Shown here: piece by piece, positions 47,632-59,721 of the stretch
How positions within the stretch are numbered: the stretch's first letter is position 1
Layout of the letters: each line of letters starts with the position of its first letter
From: Paraspadella gotoi
Lineage: Eukaryota > Animalia > Chaetognatha
Reading direction: 5' to 3'
Assembly: GCA_051294375.1 (NCBI GenBank)
Contig: CM119271.1
Location: 14,824,770 to 14,888,769, forward strand
DNA: 64,000 nt
Translations under genes and position numbers: made by a program
Notes under the pieces: generated by a model
What the model saw: only the letters and a program-made list of their open reading frames with translations
What the model was told of the DNA's origin: nothing
Database searches by the model: none

Positions 47632-50600
47632 CTCTCTTTTCAACAACAAATTTATTATTGAATGTCATAATGCTGATGAAGGCTTGAAGTAAACAAGCCG
47701 AAACATGTCCACTATAATTAAAAAATCGTTGTTACAAATTCAAATTCTTTGCTCTCTCTCTGTTTTATTTACTAAACACCGTAGACTCTCCCGACTTACG
47801 ACCGCGATCAAAACGTTTTTAATTTATTATGTCAATCTCGATATCTCGTTTTTCTCTTGTGGTTCCTCCGTCACTGCTTCTTTCTAAAAACAGTTCGCGC
47901 ATCTTCGCAGCGTCTTGTCCAGCTTCTTTCCTCTCTTCTCTCTTCGTCTCTCTCTCTCTTTTTTTTTTAGCAAAAAAATTTTTTTAGATATAATCGTGGG
48001 TTCACTAATGTAAAAAACGATGCCGTTCGTATACAAAGGTTTCTTTACGTAGGCGATTCCCGGCGGACAAGGGTAGCGAATCGGGTGCCGCTTTGGGTTA
48101 AGAGAAAGGCTCACCGTTCGATGCGGGCGCCATAAGTATGTCCTGGATCTTTAACGAGGGTAAAGGTGGCTGTAGAGTCTTCTCCCTCTCTCTCAATCTC
48201 AAATTATTTAATTATATATATGCTCTTTCTCTTTTTCTCATGCACAGCGGCTGTCTCTCACTTCTCTCTCTGTCTCTCTGTGTGTGTCTGTCCATCTGTC
48301 TGATCCTTGGTGATCGTCGTTTGTTTTTTGAAAAATTCTGATTATTTTTTTCCTTCTAAAACTTTTTATTTTGCCATTTTTTCGCGGCTTTTTTTCAATA
48401 CAAAATCCCATATTTTTCATCCGAGATTTTCGTGGATTTATTCTCTTTCTTTCTTTCTCTCTCGGTCGTCTCTCTGGTGTTTCTCTCTTCTTTCTTTTCT
48501 TATCTTCTTTCTCTTACTCTATTCTTTCTCTCTCTCTCTCTCTCTTTCATCATACACGCATTTTGTTTGTTTTATTGACTATTCATCGCATCAATGAAAT
48601 GACAATCATCGGATCAGACTGAATGCACAATCATCGCATCACTGTAATGACAATCAATTCGCAGCAGTGGATATGGCACTATCATGCGCCATGATCAATA
48701 ATTGATTATTCAATCGAATCAAAAATCAATTCCTATTACATCAATAAATTACTATTACATGCAAATCAATTAGTATTACGCTTCATATCAATTACAGTTA
48801 CATCAAACAATTCGTTATCGCATGCATTCATTCGTTTTTTTGTTTCCCCGGTTTTTTTCATGTAATTTTCTAATGATAGCTGGGCTACTGGCTCGCCTTC
48901 TTTGAGTCTTTTAAAGATTTTTTTAATTTATGGTGCTCTACTCTCTCTCTCTCTCTCACTCTCTCTCTCACTCTCTCTCTCTCTCTCTCATCTCTCCTCT
49001 TTCTCTCTCTCTCTCTCTCTCTTTTTTAATGGCAATAGCGACGATCCTTATGCTTTTTAGATGATTTTTTAACTTGCATCATTTTTTCAACTTTCATAAT
49101 TTTTTCAACTTGCATTTCCGTCAAAAACTTTATTATCTAGTTACTTCAATCACGTTTCCGTACCGGCTCACAAAATTTCTCTCAATCTATCATGGGCTTA
49201 AAATAAATAAAGATTCAAGTAATGTGACTCATATTTTTTTTCATTAAAACTCATTTCCACTGGCTTACGTTTCCACTGAAAACTTTATATCAAGCTTCGT
49301 CTACGTTTTTCGCTACCCACAACACAACAATTTCAAAAACTCAATCTATCCAGTCCAATTATGATTAATTTGGAGTATTTTATTGGTTCAAAATAAGTAA
49401 AAAGATTTTAGTAAATTCGACTTATGTTTTTCCATTAAAACTAATTTCCACTCCACCACGATTCCATCGAAATTTTATATCCAGCTTTATCACACTCTTT
49501 CCTACCCATCATAAAAATTTAATTCCAATCCACCAGCCAATCACGAGTTATTGGAGCTTTTTGCTAAGATGGGACGGCATGGACGGATTGATTGACTAAT
49601 TAATTAATTATTGATTAATTATTTTACTAATTGATTAATTAACTGATTAATTATTTGATTTATTAATACATCCTGCAGATACATTTAATATAAAAAGGAA
49701 AAAGAAGCATAATCAATTAGTAAAAACAGGTTTTTTGTTTTTTTCCAATTTAAACTCATTTCCACTCAAACTATTCATGAAACTTGATTTCCTGTTCAAT
49801 CACACACTTCCTACCCACGATACAAAATTCCAGGTCAATCAGCCCATCCACTCATGAGCAAATTGGTGTTCAAATAGTGAATATATTTTTTTGTTTTTTT
49901 CCATTTAAACTCATTCCACTCGGACGATTCCATCGAAACTTAATATCCAGCTCAATCACACACATTCCTATCCACACACAAAATTTCATTTAAATCCATC
50001 CATCAATCACGAGTATTGGTGTTTTTTTGCTAAGGTGGGACGGACGGACGGACCGGACGGACGACGGACAGACGGACGGACGGACATCATTTTTTTGCAT
50101 AATTTATCATAATTCGATTGTTCTGACATGATATAAGTGTGTGCCCGACAATATTGAGGGGGCGGACCGACGGACCGAAAAAGTGAGTTATAAAAAGTGA
50201 GTTATAGAGTCGGGATCTGCTGATAAGCAGATCCGACTAAAAATCAAGAAAGAGCAGGGGTTGCAAATATTTTAATACATTAAATACCTTTCATTTCTAA
50301 CCAATAAAAACAAATGACCAGGAAGCGAACACGCAGGGTTATTATAGCTTCGGGTTCAATCCTTTATTCTCAATTTTTCTATCGCTCCCGGTTTCGGGTT
50401 CTTCAAAAATCGGCCGCTTCCACAGTGTTCGCTTACGCTTTCCGGATCGCGTCCACATCTCTGCTAGAAACCGATAAAAAAGTAAAAACTAAACTATTAA
50501 ACTACAAACAACAAAAACAAAAGACACTAACGTTTAAAATAAAATCATGAATAAAATGTTATGAACTAATTTATAAGAAACTTTAAATTATAACGTTCAA

Positions 50601-52256
50601 GAACGTTCAAAGATCAGATGTCAAAATATATTACGGAAATTGACGATCATGTTAGAAATGAAGTAATACGTAGCTATTTACTCAAAAGCTCGATTTAAAA
50701 TCAATCGAATAAAATTTCCTTCTTTGTGTCAACAGACGAAAGCAAGTATTAGTAATCAGTAATCAGATGTTAAGCGATTGAAAATTTCTTACATTTTCCC
50801 CAAAAGAACTGATTTGGGCTCAAAGAACCTTCATTAAAAAAAAAATAATAAGAATATGCAAACGACATCGGATTCGACCGCCCCCCCATTCTTAACCTGA
50901 GAGAACAGGACTCCAAAGACCAGAGTGGAAACGAATCCGCCGATGAATCCTTCCCACGTCTTCTTGGGCGACAACTTGATGAGCGGCGTCTTTCCGAAGA
51001 AGAAACCGAAGACGTAGGCCATGATGTCGTTGAAGATAATTATCGAGACGGGGATGAGGAACCTGATAACAATAACAGCTTAAGTGACTAACAGACTTTT
51101 ATATCGAGAAAAATACATTCATTTGAAGGTAACAATTTTAAAATGAAATGTCTTTGCAAATTTTCTTTTAAAAAATTAAATCGTTCATAAACCTTTTTTT
51201 AAAGTAACGCGTAAATCATGAAGCAAAGCTAAAGTGCTCAAATATGCAAATGAGATAGATAAACTTAATGAGTGATGCATTCTATATTGAATTTTAAACT
51301 TTACCAAATGAGCCCCTCGAAAATATTTTGCACGATGAGCTGCGACTGCGCGATGACGATGAGAAGAGTCACGTGCGTCCACCCGAACATGATGAACTGT
51401 TTCAGGTAGTGCTTCTTCTTCAGGCTAAGAACGAATCCCACGAAACCGATGCAGTACAGGAGAAAGGAAATGATCCTGGGAGGTTTGAGATTTATTTGTT
51501 AAATTCTAAGTTGGGATGAAATAATAAGATCGTACGATGCACGGATGCCAGTGACAAGAGTCCATCCCACCTGTGAAACCTCACGAATGGGTCCAGATAG
51601 TAGGTCTTTCGCAACAACATCCCGAAGTAGTCGATGGTCGACTCTCCGTAGAAATAATAGTTAGAGGAGAAGAGGAAATACCAGGACAAGACGCGGAACC
51701 AGGGGAGATTGTAACTTCGGTACACCTATCATCCAAAACGTTGGGCATTAAAGATTAGAGTATGCGCTATTATCATACAACGACATCAAATTTAGGGCGT
51801 ATTAAATATATTTTTCTCTCTCTCTCTCTCTCTCCCTCCCCCAACCGAGTAAGCAATGGTGATGAGCTCGTGATAACACTTGATCTGAATGAGGAGGATG
51901 AGGAGGACGAGCGCGAGCGGCCCCAAGTAGATGATCAACCCGAATCCGAAGATGAGGACGAGAGAAGAGATACCGCGGACGATCCAATTGCGCCATCGGG
52001 GCGGGAGGTCCTTGATGGCGTTGTCGAGGACCTCGGCCGTGGCGTCCGAGGCTTGGGGAAGGTCCACGGGAGCCTGTGGGAGGGCATCCACGTCGGAGGC
52101 GTCGTCGCCGGTGTCGGCGCCGCCAGAATCGCGGGCGGCGTCGTCGCCGACTTGGCGGAGATGACGGTGGCGGAGTTCCATGGGAGGAGGAGGAGAAGGG
52201 GTGTCGCAAGAGGGGGAAGTGTTGGAGGCGTGTGCTGAAAGAGGCTCGTTCTCCAT
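41834..52256 (-). CDS. CDS2: Phosphatidate cytidylyltransferase (CDP-diacylglycerol synthase, CDS1/2 family), 6 exons with a 7.9-kb intron
   Basis: [100 protein letters not shown]. The CDS1-versus-CDS2 distinction is not meaningful for an invertebrate single-copy gene. Confidence 0.97.
44545..44585 (+). ncRNA. Minimal type-I hammerhead ribozyme (Penelope pseudo-LTR type)
   Basis: tg-CTGATGA-a-GGCTTG-aagtaaa-CAAGCC-GAAA-catg-TC-ca: conserved core boxes, 6-bp stem II, minimal palindromic stem III and a GUC cleavage triplet. Confidence 0.78.
46070..48610 (+). mobile_element. Penelope-like retroelement in partial-tandem form (two ~1-kb direct repeats around a gap)
   Basis: 46070-47100 is repeated at ~47560-48610, and each copy carries a hammerhead motif (degenerate at 46316, intact at 47673). 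A GC-rich ORF-like stretch at 47091-47530 runs into an N gap. A third short copy lies at ~44280-44640. No RT is visible. Confidence 0.6.
47671..47711 (+). ncRNA. Minimal type-I hammerhead ribozyme, second intact copy
   Basis: Core identical to 44545-44585: CTGATGAAGGCTTGAAGTAAACAAGCCGAAACATGTCC. Confidence 0.78.
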
Positions 52257-52627
52257 CGTGACTTGGACAGTTTCAATGCTTTTTATTTTTTATTCCTTCT
52301 AGTTTTTCAATGTAGTCTTAAGAGTTTTCGATGCGCTTTGTTTTTAATAATCATCATTTCTCCCCCGTCGGTCACATCGTCACTTAAGATTCGCGACGAA
52401 TCCACTCGACTGGAAAACGAGAGTAAAATAACTTAATCTCCGACTAGAAATTGAATAACGGGATAACAATTTTAGTTCAATTGTACAAATGTATGCTATA
52501 TTAAAAGTCAAGTATGACTAAAATTGAATGAAACAGATAAAGATGAGGTGATTAAAGATATCACAGAGCGACAAGAGAGCCTCTGCAGCCACCGCAGCTT
52601 CTGCAGCCGCCGCTCATCCTCTCGTCC

Positions 52628-54474
52628 TCACGCCACCTTCAAACAGTGGGCGCTGACCGAGTCCGCCTTCTTCGCCGCCACCGTCTCTAACAACTCTTTC
52701 TTCTTGACGGCGGCGTTGGAGGATTCCAGATCGTAGAGAGTGGAGAGGTTGAAGACGACGCCGTCGTGAAGCGTCGCCTCGTCGTCGGCGAGACTCTTGA
52801 GGGACGCCAACGCTTCCTGCAAGCGTCCAGAGTAAACGAGACAGATGGCCAGATTGTTGGCGGCGACGGGATCGTCCGGTCGGCGGGAGAGCGTTTGCCG
52901 GAAATGACGGATGGCTTCGCCGAAGCGTCCGGCACCGACGTCGAGGAAGGCTTTATGATCGGAGGCGCGGACGGCAGCGTCGGCTCCGACCCGTTCGGAT
53001 TCGGCGAAATACTCGGCGGCGGCGCCAGCGTCGCCGTGAAGCAACAAGAGTCGGCCGACGCCAGAGAGAACGGCGGATCGGCGCTCGGCGTCGATTTCCG
53101 CGGCGGCGATGGCGGAGTAGACTTTGACGGCAGAGTGGATGTCCTTCGCTTGAACGAGGACGTTGGCGATCGAGTGGAGAGTCCGGAGTCGTCGGGCGCG
53201 AAAGACGGAGACAATTTCGAGCGGATTGTGTGAAGATAGATTATTGTTGTTGTTGTTGCTGTCGCTTCCGTCGGCGCCGAATCCTTTCTCCAAGTTTCCC
53301 ATCATCTCCTCCAAGACGGCGACGATTCCGTAGAGACGGTCCAGCGCTTCGTCCGGTCGACCCACTTGAGCCGGAAGTTCCGCCCACAACAGACGGAGAG
53401 AGAACGGGACGAGGGACAAGAACCGTTGGCTTCCGGCTTCGGATCCTTCTTCGGCCGATTCCGATTCAGGCGCCGAGAAATCTCGGTACATGTCGGGGCG
53501 ATCGAAGTCCCCGAAGGCCTCCATCTCGGCTTCGGCGACGGAGAAGAGGAGCGACTTGAACATCAACGCCAAACGCGTCGTCCACAGCTGGAGAGACTGA
53601 GACGTGTGGACGGAGGGTCGGCCGAGGGCGTCGACGCCTTGGCCCGCGGCAGAGAGAAGGCGACCGGTGAGTTGAAGAGCGGAGCGGAAATTCTCGGTGG
53701 AGACGAGGAGACGAAGTCCGGAGGCGTCTTGGGAGACATCGTCCACGGAGAGAATCTTGAGGAAAAATGAAGAAATAATTTAACACTCATACTATTACTG
53801 CTCTCGGCGAATACCATCCGAGTCACGGATCCGTTTCTGGTTCCGATTCCATCTGCAATGCAACTATACAATAGAATAAAAATATAATTTTATTACGAGT
53901 TTGATTTAGAATATGCAACATGCAAAAAAGACTAAAGATCTAAGGGCAAAGAAATGGATGGATTTTTATCTTCTTACCTTCTCCCTCTCGATCGACACGC
54001 GTCCCTCGCGAAAAAGCTTCAACAGAGGATCCTCTAAAGGCTCCGCCAACAGAATTCCCGGCATCGTCCTTTCCGGCGCCGTCTCCTCCGCTAAGGCGCC
54101 GGCCCGAGACGACAATATAGCCGCGCGGGTCGATTCAGTCGGAATCCAGCATGTGGTTTCCAGAGCGATGACGTCCATCGGCGACTCGGAAGACGGCGTC
54201 ATTTTATTCAACGCCGCAACGTCGACGAGTTCCAAAGCCCGGTCTGACCCTTCGTCGGTCCGCAAGGACGGAGTCTGTGCCAAAAAGTCAAAGTCAGCGA
54301 CGAGTTCCGATGCGGCGTCGTTAAAGTAAGAGGAGATGCTGCGGACGGCGCCAACAGTGGGAGGATCCGCGTCGGCCGGTGGGTCCGGCGATCTTGCGAG
54401 GGAAAAAAAGTGAAACTTACCACAAGAGAGAATTTGAAGCGATACTTGATTAAAACTCACCCCGCATCGTTCAT
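52628..54474 (-). CDS. TRAPPC12: Trafficking protein particle complex subunit 12 (TTC15), 3 exons
   Basis: WIPTESTRAAIL, TMPGILLAEPLEDP, LSVDDVSQDASGLRLL, HTSQSLQLWTTRLALM, FGDFDRPDMY, LVPFSLRLLWAELP, AANNLAICLVYSGRL, VFNLSTLYDLESS, CLKVA. Confidence 0.93.
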
Positions 54475-54932
54475 CTTTACGAGAAATCGTAATTCGTTAT
54501 CGGATTTTCAGTTAAGATTTTTGGTTCATGGAAAAAAAAAGTCTCAGAGAAATCTTTTAATTTTCTGTCGAAAGAAACGTAAAAAAACAATGAGAGAAAC
54601 GAAAGGCGCCTTTTTTTGCTTGTTTATTCAAATTCCAATGATTTTTCAACAAGAAGAAAAATGAACTCGGTCGATAAAAAAAAGCAGAACGTGCCGAAGA
54701 ATATGTCGCATCAAGGAATTCATTTTACGAAACCAGGAAATGATCCGCCGAGTAGTTACCGACAATAAAATTATCAGAATTTGAATTATTTATAAACTTT
54801 TAAGATTCAATTACTAATTCAAAAAAAAAAAAAAAAAAATATAACGAACGAACAGGCCTAAAAAAAAAAGAATAAAAGGAAGAAGCGAACTCGACGGATC
54901 AAACTCTCTCCCCCCCCCCGAGCAAATCTTCA

Positions 54933-57063
54933 TCAATCCCGGATTAATAGTTCGAAGGTGACCCTCCCGTCACCCTTCAAGTGTCTGGCCTCCTTGATGT
55001 TGGCGGCGTTGTCGGGGCTGCAGACGACCTGCACCAGGACGTCGCGGGTCACGTTGGTAAACTTGACGAAGACGAGCGGGCTGAGGTAAGGTTTTTGCCC
55101 GAAGTAAGGGAAGTAAGTCAGGTTGAATCCCTTTTGCGGAAAGTAGTTGACGTGGCCGATGTTGTCGACGTCCGCGTACCAGGCGCCTTTTGTATGTCGG
55201 GTCGGACGAGCGTTTTGAGGCGAAGAAGAAGAACAACAACAACAGAGTATAAACTAACTCAAGAAGCTCAAAGGTTTATTTTTTTAGATATTTAGCTACG
55301 GTATTAAACTTTGCCATAACTAAACTTTATCATTCTAGTTTCTACCGAAAATTTCGATCCAGAGTTAACTAAGAAACTATTTGCTATCATTAGTATCATT
55401 ACCCCTGGAGCACCTTATTTCAGAAACTATTTCCGACCACCGTTTTAGAATCTATGTATTTTCCACCATTAGACATAGTTTGCTATCCCTCCACCGGCCC
55501 GCCTCAAAAAGCTCGCGACAGGCGGTTCACAACCTTGGCAAGAGATTTCCAAGAAATCCTTGTCCGATCCTGGTTTCAAAGTCGGGACAAACTCGAAGAT
55601 CCTGTTGAGTTTAACGGCGACGCAGGGTTGACCGCTTGGAAAACCGAAGGTCTGGTTAAGGCATTCAGCGACCACGTCGGGCATGGAGTCGACGAGAAAC
55701 CGGCACGACCGGAGGGTGCGCTGATCGAGAAGGCTGGCTTGAAGGCGGCGTGGGGACATGGCAAAGTGGTGCGACGGGTACGTGGACAGAAGAGAACCAT
55801 TTATATAAATTTATTTAATTTAGAAAATACTTAATATAATATATTAACCCTAAATTCGTAAAACTACAACAGGCAAACGTTATTTTTCAACACTCATATT
55901 CTCAAAAGACCACGCCCCCCCTTCTGTCCACGACGACGACAACAACCATTGAGGCCGGAGCAGTCCTCCATCATCTCTTGCCCGCTGCGGTAACCCGGGC
56001 CTCGATCCTCCAACGCCGAAGGAGTCGCGAGAAACTCCTCGAAATCCTTGACGTAATCCGCGTAAGACTCCGGATCCGAAGCGCTGAACGAGATGAGGGT
56101 CCGCTCCACGTCGGATCGAGGGCGAAACCCCATCCCGGGGTTTTGAGGCAGGATCGAGTAGTTGCCTGGGTTCGTGGGGGGGAAGAGGGGAAAGGAAAGC
56201 AAAAACGGGGGGGGGGAAGATTGGAAAATGAGGATTGAAAAGGAAAAAAAGGAAGGAAGGAAAAAAAGGAAGGAAGGAAAAAAAGGAAGGAAGGAAAAAA
56301 AGGAAGGAAGGAAAAAAAAGAAGGAAGGAAAAAAAGGAAGGAAGGAAAAAAAAGGACGGAAAGAAAGAAAGGAGATAAGGAGAGGAGATAAGAAAGAAAA
56401 AGAATAGAGAAGATGAAAACAAAAGAGGCGAATAATTTGAATCACTGAGAGCTGTTTTGTGAACTAATACTTTAAAAATAGAGATGGTGTGGCAGCAAGA
56501 CTTAAAGCTGCCTCAGTGCCTCACTGCTCTCCGTCCTCTGCCTCGTCTCAATGGCTGAGCAGGCTAAATCATCTCATTACAACCGCGCGTCCCGGGTTCA
56601 ATCCCTGGGTATCCCGGTTCTGTCTTAAATGTGACGGAGCCGGTCTAAACATGCCAATGACAGGAGGCGGTCACTGAGGGTCCGCAGCGCCAACGCCAGT
56701 TAGTGAGATACCCCGCGCTACGGGTATCACAGGCATTCCTCCCGTTGCCATAATGGATCCATTTACATGATTAGCTTAACACTTAAACTCACTGGAACCA
56801 ATAATAGCCCAATCTCCCCCAAACCCCCACCCGCCGTGAAACGTGCCGACGAGAGTTGGCGCGATGTCGTCGGTGAAGTAAGCGAGAAAGACGTTGAGCA
56901 GAAAAGCGAAGAAGGCGGCGAGGCAAGAATAATAGACGAGATAGAAGAGGCCAATTTTGGCCCAAGATTGAGGAGTCCGAGTGAAGAAGGCACCAGTTTG
57001 GCCATCGTACACGAACCGGACGAAACCCGATCGGGACGAAGGCTCCGACTCCGATTTGGACAT
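54933..57063 (-). CDS. ATP1B: Na+/K+-ATPase beta subunit (nervana-like), 4 exons
   Basis: FVYDGQTGAFFTRTPQSWAKIGLFYLVYYSCLAAFF, NPGMGFRP, FGFPSGQPCVAVKLNRIFEFVP, YFPYFGQKPYLSPLVFVKF, GRVTFELLI. Confidence 0.95.
56240..56400. repeat. Purine-rich minisatellite (AAGGAAGGAAAAAA-like units) in ATP1B intron 1
   Basis: Directly visible. It forms a long polypyrimidine tract on the sense strand. Confidence 0.85.
56488..56752 (+). mobile_element. 265-bp tRNA-containing solo LTR with a 4-bp TSD (ATP1B intron 1)
   Basis: TGTGGCA...TGCCATA termini, ATGG on both flanks (56484-56487 and 56753-56756), and a B-box-like CCGGGTTCAATCCC with an upstream A-box-like TGGCTGAGCAGG. Confidence 0.85.
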
Positions 57064-58173
57064 TTTCTTTTTTTTCTTTCTTTCTTTCCCAAGTCGTCGG
57101 AAGTCAAGAAATACTAATACTGTCGTTAGTTCAAGTTATTATGAATATAATAATAGTTTAAATATTACTGATCATACGGAATACGGACATGCAATCAAAA
57201 GATTAAGAGAAATTCTTGACTCCGACGTGAAGTTGGGAAAGCAATAATAAAACAGAAGAGATAAGCGGGAGATTCTTGGATACGGATCAAAATCGGCGGA
57301 TGTTACCCACTCAGTGCGAGAGAGATCTTTGGATTCTGGAGCCAAGTGAAACTGAAACTCGAATTTATCTGCGTCCAGGGTAAAGATATAAGCTTTTAAT
57401 GGTCGACAATAAGTAGGACAAATTGATGAGGCAATTGCGACAAAGCTGTAAGGGATCGTCAACTTTCCAACTAAATTGATTGTAATATCTGCTATCTTAA
57501 CTAATTTTTTCCCCCTCCTAAATAGGGCTGAACTATATCGTTTGAAAGTTGATTAAATACAAAAGATTTAAACTGAAAGAACCTCTTCATTGACCGAAAC
57601 GAAACGTAAGGTAAGTCCTAAAAATAGTTTTCGCCGAATCCCGAAAGAGAGCGCTGAAGTTAGAACTACGAAATGCGTCTTCGTCATCTTCTGAGTTTGT
57701 GGGCGTCGATCGATGGATCGCATCCGTCGTAATTAATTTTAAAAAAACCTTTAAAGATTAAAAGGAAGTGACAAAGCAATTGTATGCACACAAAAACACG
57801 TCATGTAAGGGGCGAAGAATAAACGTTTCGAATATCAGATCATAATCAAAACTAAAGCTTCGTGGGTAAAAACTACATAAAACTTTCGAAACTTAAAAAA
57901 AAAAAAATTAATATAAATTTGATTAAAATTTCATTTAATCGTAATTGCAGAAATTTAATTGCTTCAGTTTGTTATCTTTAGTCGATACGATTATCAATTA
58001 TCATTAATTAATAATTATGACAAAAATAATTCATCGAGAAAATTTTTTTCACCAACCAGCAAAAAAAAAAAAAAAAAAAAGAGAACTAAACAATTTTAAC
58101 CACAGAGTCATGATTTAAAAAAAAAGTTAATACCTATTGCCAATTAAGTAATATTAATTAGTAACGACGGTCC

Positions 58174-59293
58174 TCAAGTCCCACCGTCTGTTCCGTGCTG
58201 CGGTACCAGATACGCCAACCCGGCCCCGCCTCCCCTTCCGTTCTCCGCCACGGGACCGCATCCCACGACCCCGATGGCTCCCGCGGCCATCCCTCCTCCG
58301 CTGACCCCGCTGGCACCCACGGGCGAGCCCGAGACCCCGAAAGCCGCCGCGGCTCCCCCGCCCGAACCCTCGGCGGCGTCCTTGTAGGCCTTTTTCAGCA
58401 CCATCCTGTCCCGCAGCAGTTTAAAGAGTATGTAGTAGTTGGAGAAAAGAAGAAGAGAGATGGCGAGCACGTGGTTCCATTCCACCGAGACCAAGAGGAT
58501 GACCAGCTGGTGGAAGATCATGATGAACGTCACCGTCAGCATGCAATGGAGGATCCGCAGCGGCTCGTGGAACAGCAGGTAGAACCGGCCGTGGGTGTGG
58601 TTGCCCGGCTCGGCCGAGTTCTGTTGGCCCTCTGATCGGAAGAGGCCTCGCACGTGCTTGACCAAGACGTTCTTGGGCCAGATCTGCAGATCGGACCACT
58701 GATGGTAAGGGATGTGAACGTTGCGGTTTTCGAGGCGCCGCCAAGAGCCAAGATGCAGCGCCACCCGGTGCAGCCAATCGCAATAAGGTGGCGGGAATTG
58801 GTGGGCGGCGAGAAGAAGCATCGTGTTGACCCAAACGACGAAGGTTTGCTGCGCCGCCCAGAAGGTGTCGTAGTGGACAAAAGATTGGGCGAAACAACAG
58901 GGGATGAGGCCGACGTAGTAGGCGCACAGCATCGACGTGAAAAGAACGTATTTTAGCCTAAAAAAAAATGAGAACATTTAGTATAAGGCAATTCGTAGTG
59001 GGATTTACAAGTGAATTTCTTATTTTTATTTGACAATTTTTCGATGTCTCTTCAACAACTATTGAGGACATTGATATAAAGTTTCGTTTATTCTTTTCTC
59101 TTCTTTCTTCTTTCTCTTTCACTTCTAATACTTTTATTTAATTTTCCTGTCTCTTTTTGATATTATTTTTCTATTATTCTTTAACTTTTCTTTCTCATAT
59201 TTTCTTCTCTCTCTTTTACATGTTCCTTAATTCTTATTTTTTTTCCTTCAATTTTTTAAAATTTTATTTTCATTTTCTGATTGTTTCTAACAG

Positions 59294-59336
<43 letters not shown>

Positions 59337-59663
59337 AACACACGTTTTTTCACTTCAACCCCCCTTCTTCTTCTTTGCAACAATTATAATAACTTGAATC
59401 AACTAAAATCCCAATCAAGAACAAGAATAACAACAACAACCACAAAAAAAGAACCCGCCTGGTGTTGAAGTCATCTCGCATCCTCGTCACTTCCGCCCGA
59501 ACGCTGTCCGGCGAGGTCCGCATTTGCAGCCCCAGCAGGGCGCGCCGCTGCAGGTCCGTCGAATCGATCTCGTTGAAGCCGCAAATGGAGAGCACGTGGA
59601 CGGTCCACTTGGGGGACCCGAATCCTTTTAAGGAGAGGATTGAGAGAATTCGACCCAACCTTT

Positions 59664-59721
<58 letters not shown>

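Larger units (their letters stand above)
45639..50244 (-). mobile_element. HINE element split by the Penelope-like insertion
   Basis: One terminus at 45639-45680 (aacaagtttgagcaaacaatgtcggatctgcctacgataat). The body and other terminus lie at ~49060-50244, with four internal modules and a (GGAC)n tract. Confidence 0.65.
43298..50463. mobile_element. hAT-type TIR element (7.2 kb including nested insertions)
   Basis: 19-bp TIRs CAGAGATGTGGAAGCGATC / GATCGCGTCCACATCTCTG (1 mismatch), flanked by an identical 8-bp TSD CTAGAAAC at 43290-43297 and 50464-50471. Confidence 0.88.

Noticed and set aside
47996-48180. Structured-looking segment as U1, 5S or another ncRNA
   Set aside because: Only a few bases resemble these RNAs. 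It is duplicated as part of the Penelope-like repeat and is probably its UTR.
57172-57462. 96-aa minus-strand ORF upstream of ATP1B
   Set aside because: No ATG start, no recognisable homology and no clear splice partners.
57590-57740. Plus-strand AAG|GTAAGT and CTGAAG...CGAAA as an SL RNA gene or hammerhead
   Set aside because: No clear Sm site or SL stem-loops; the hammerhead core is mismatched and stem I is absent.
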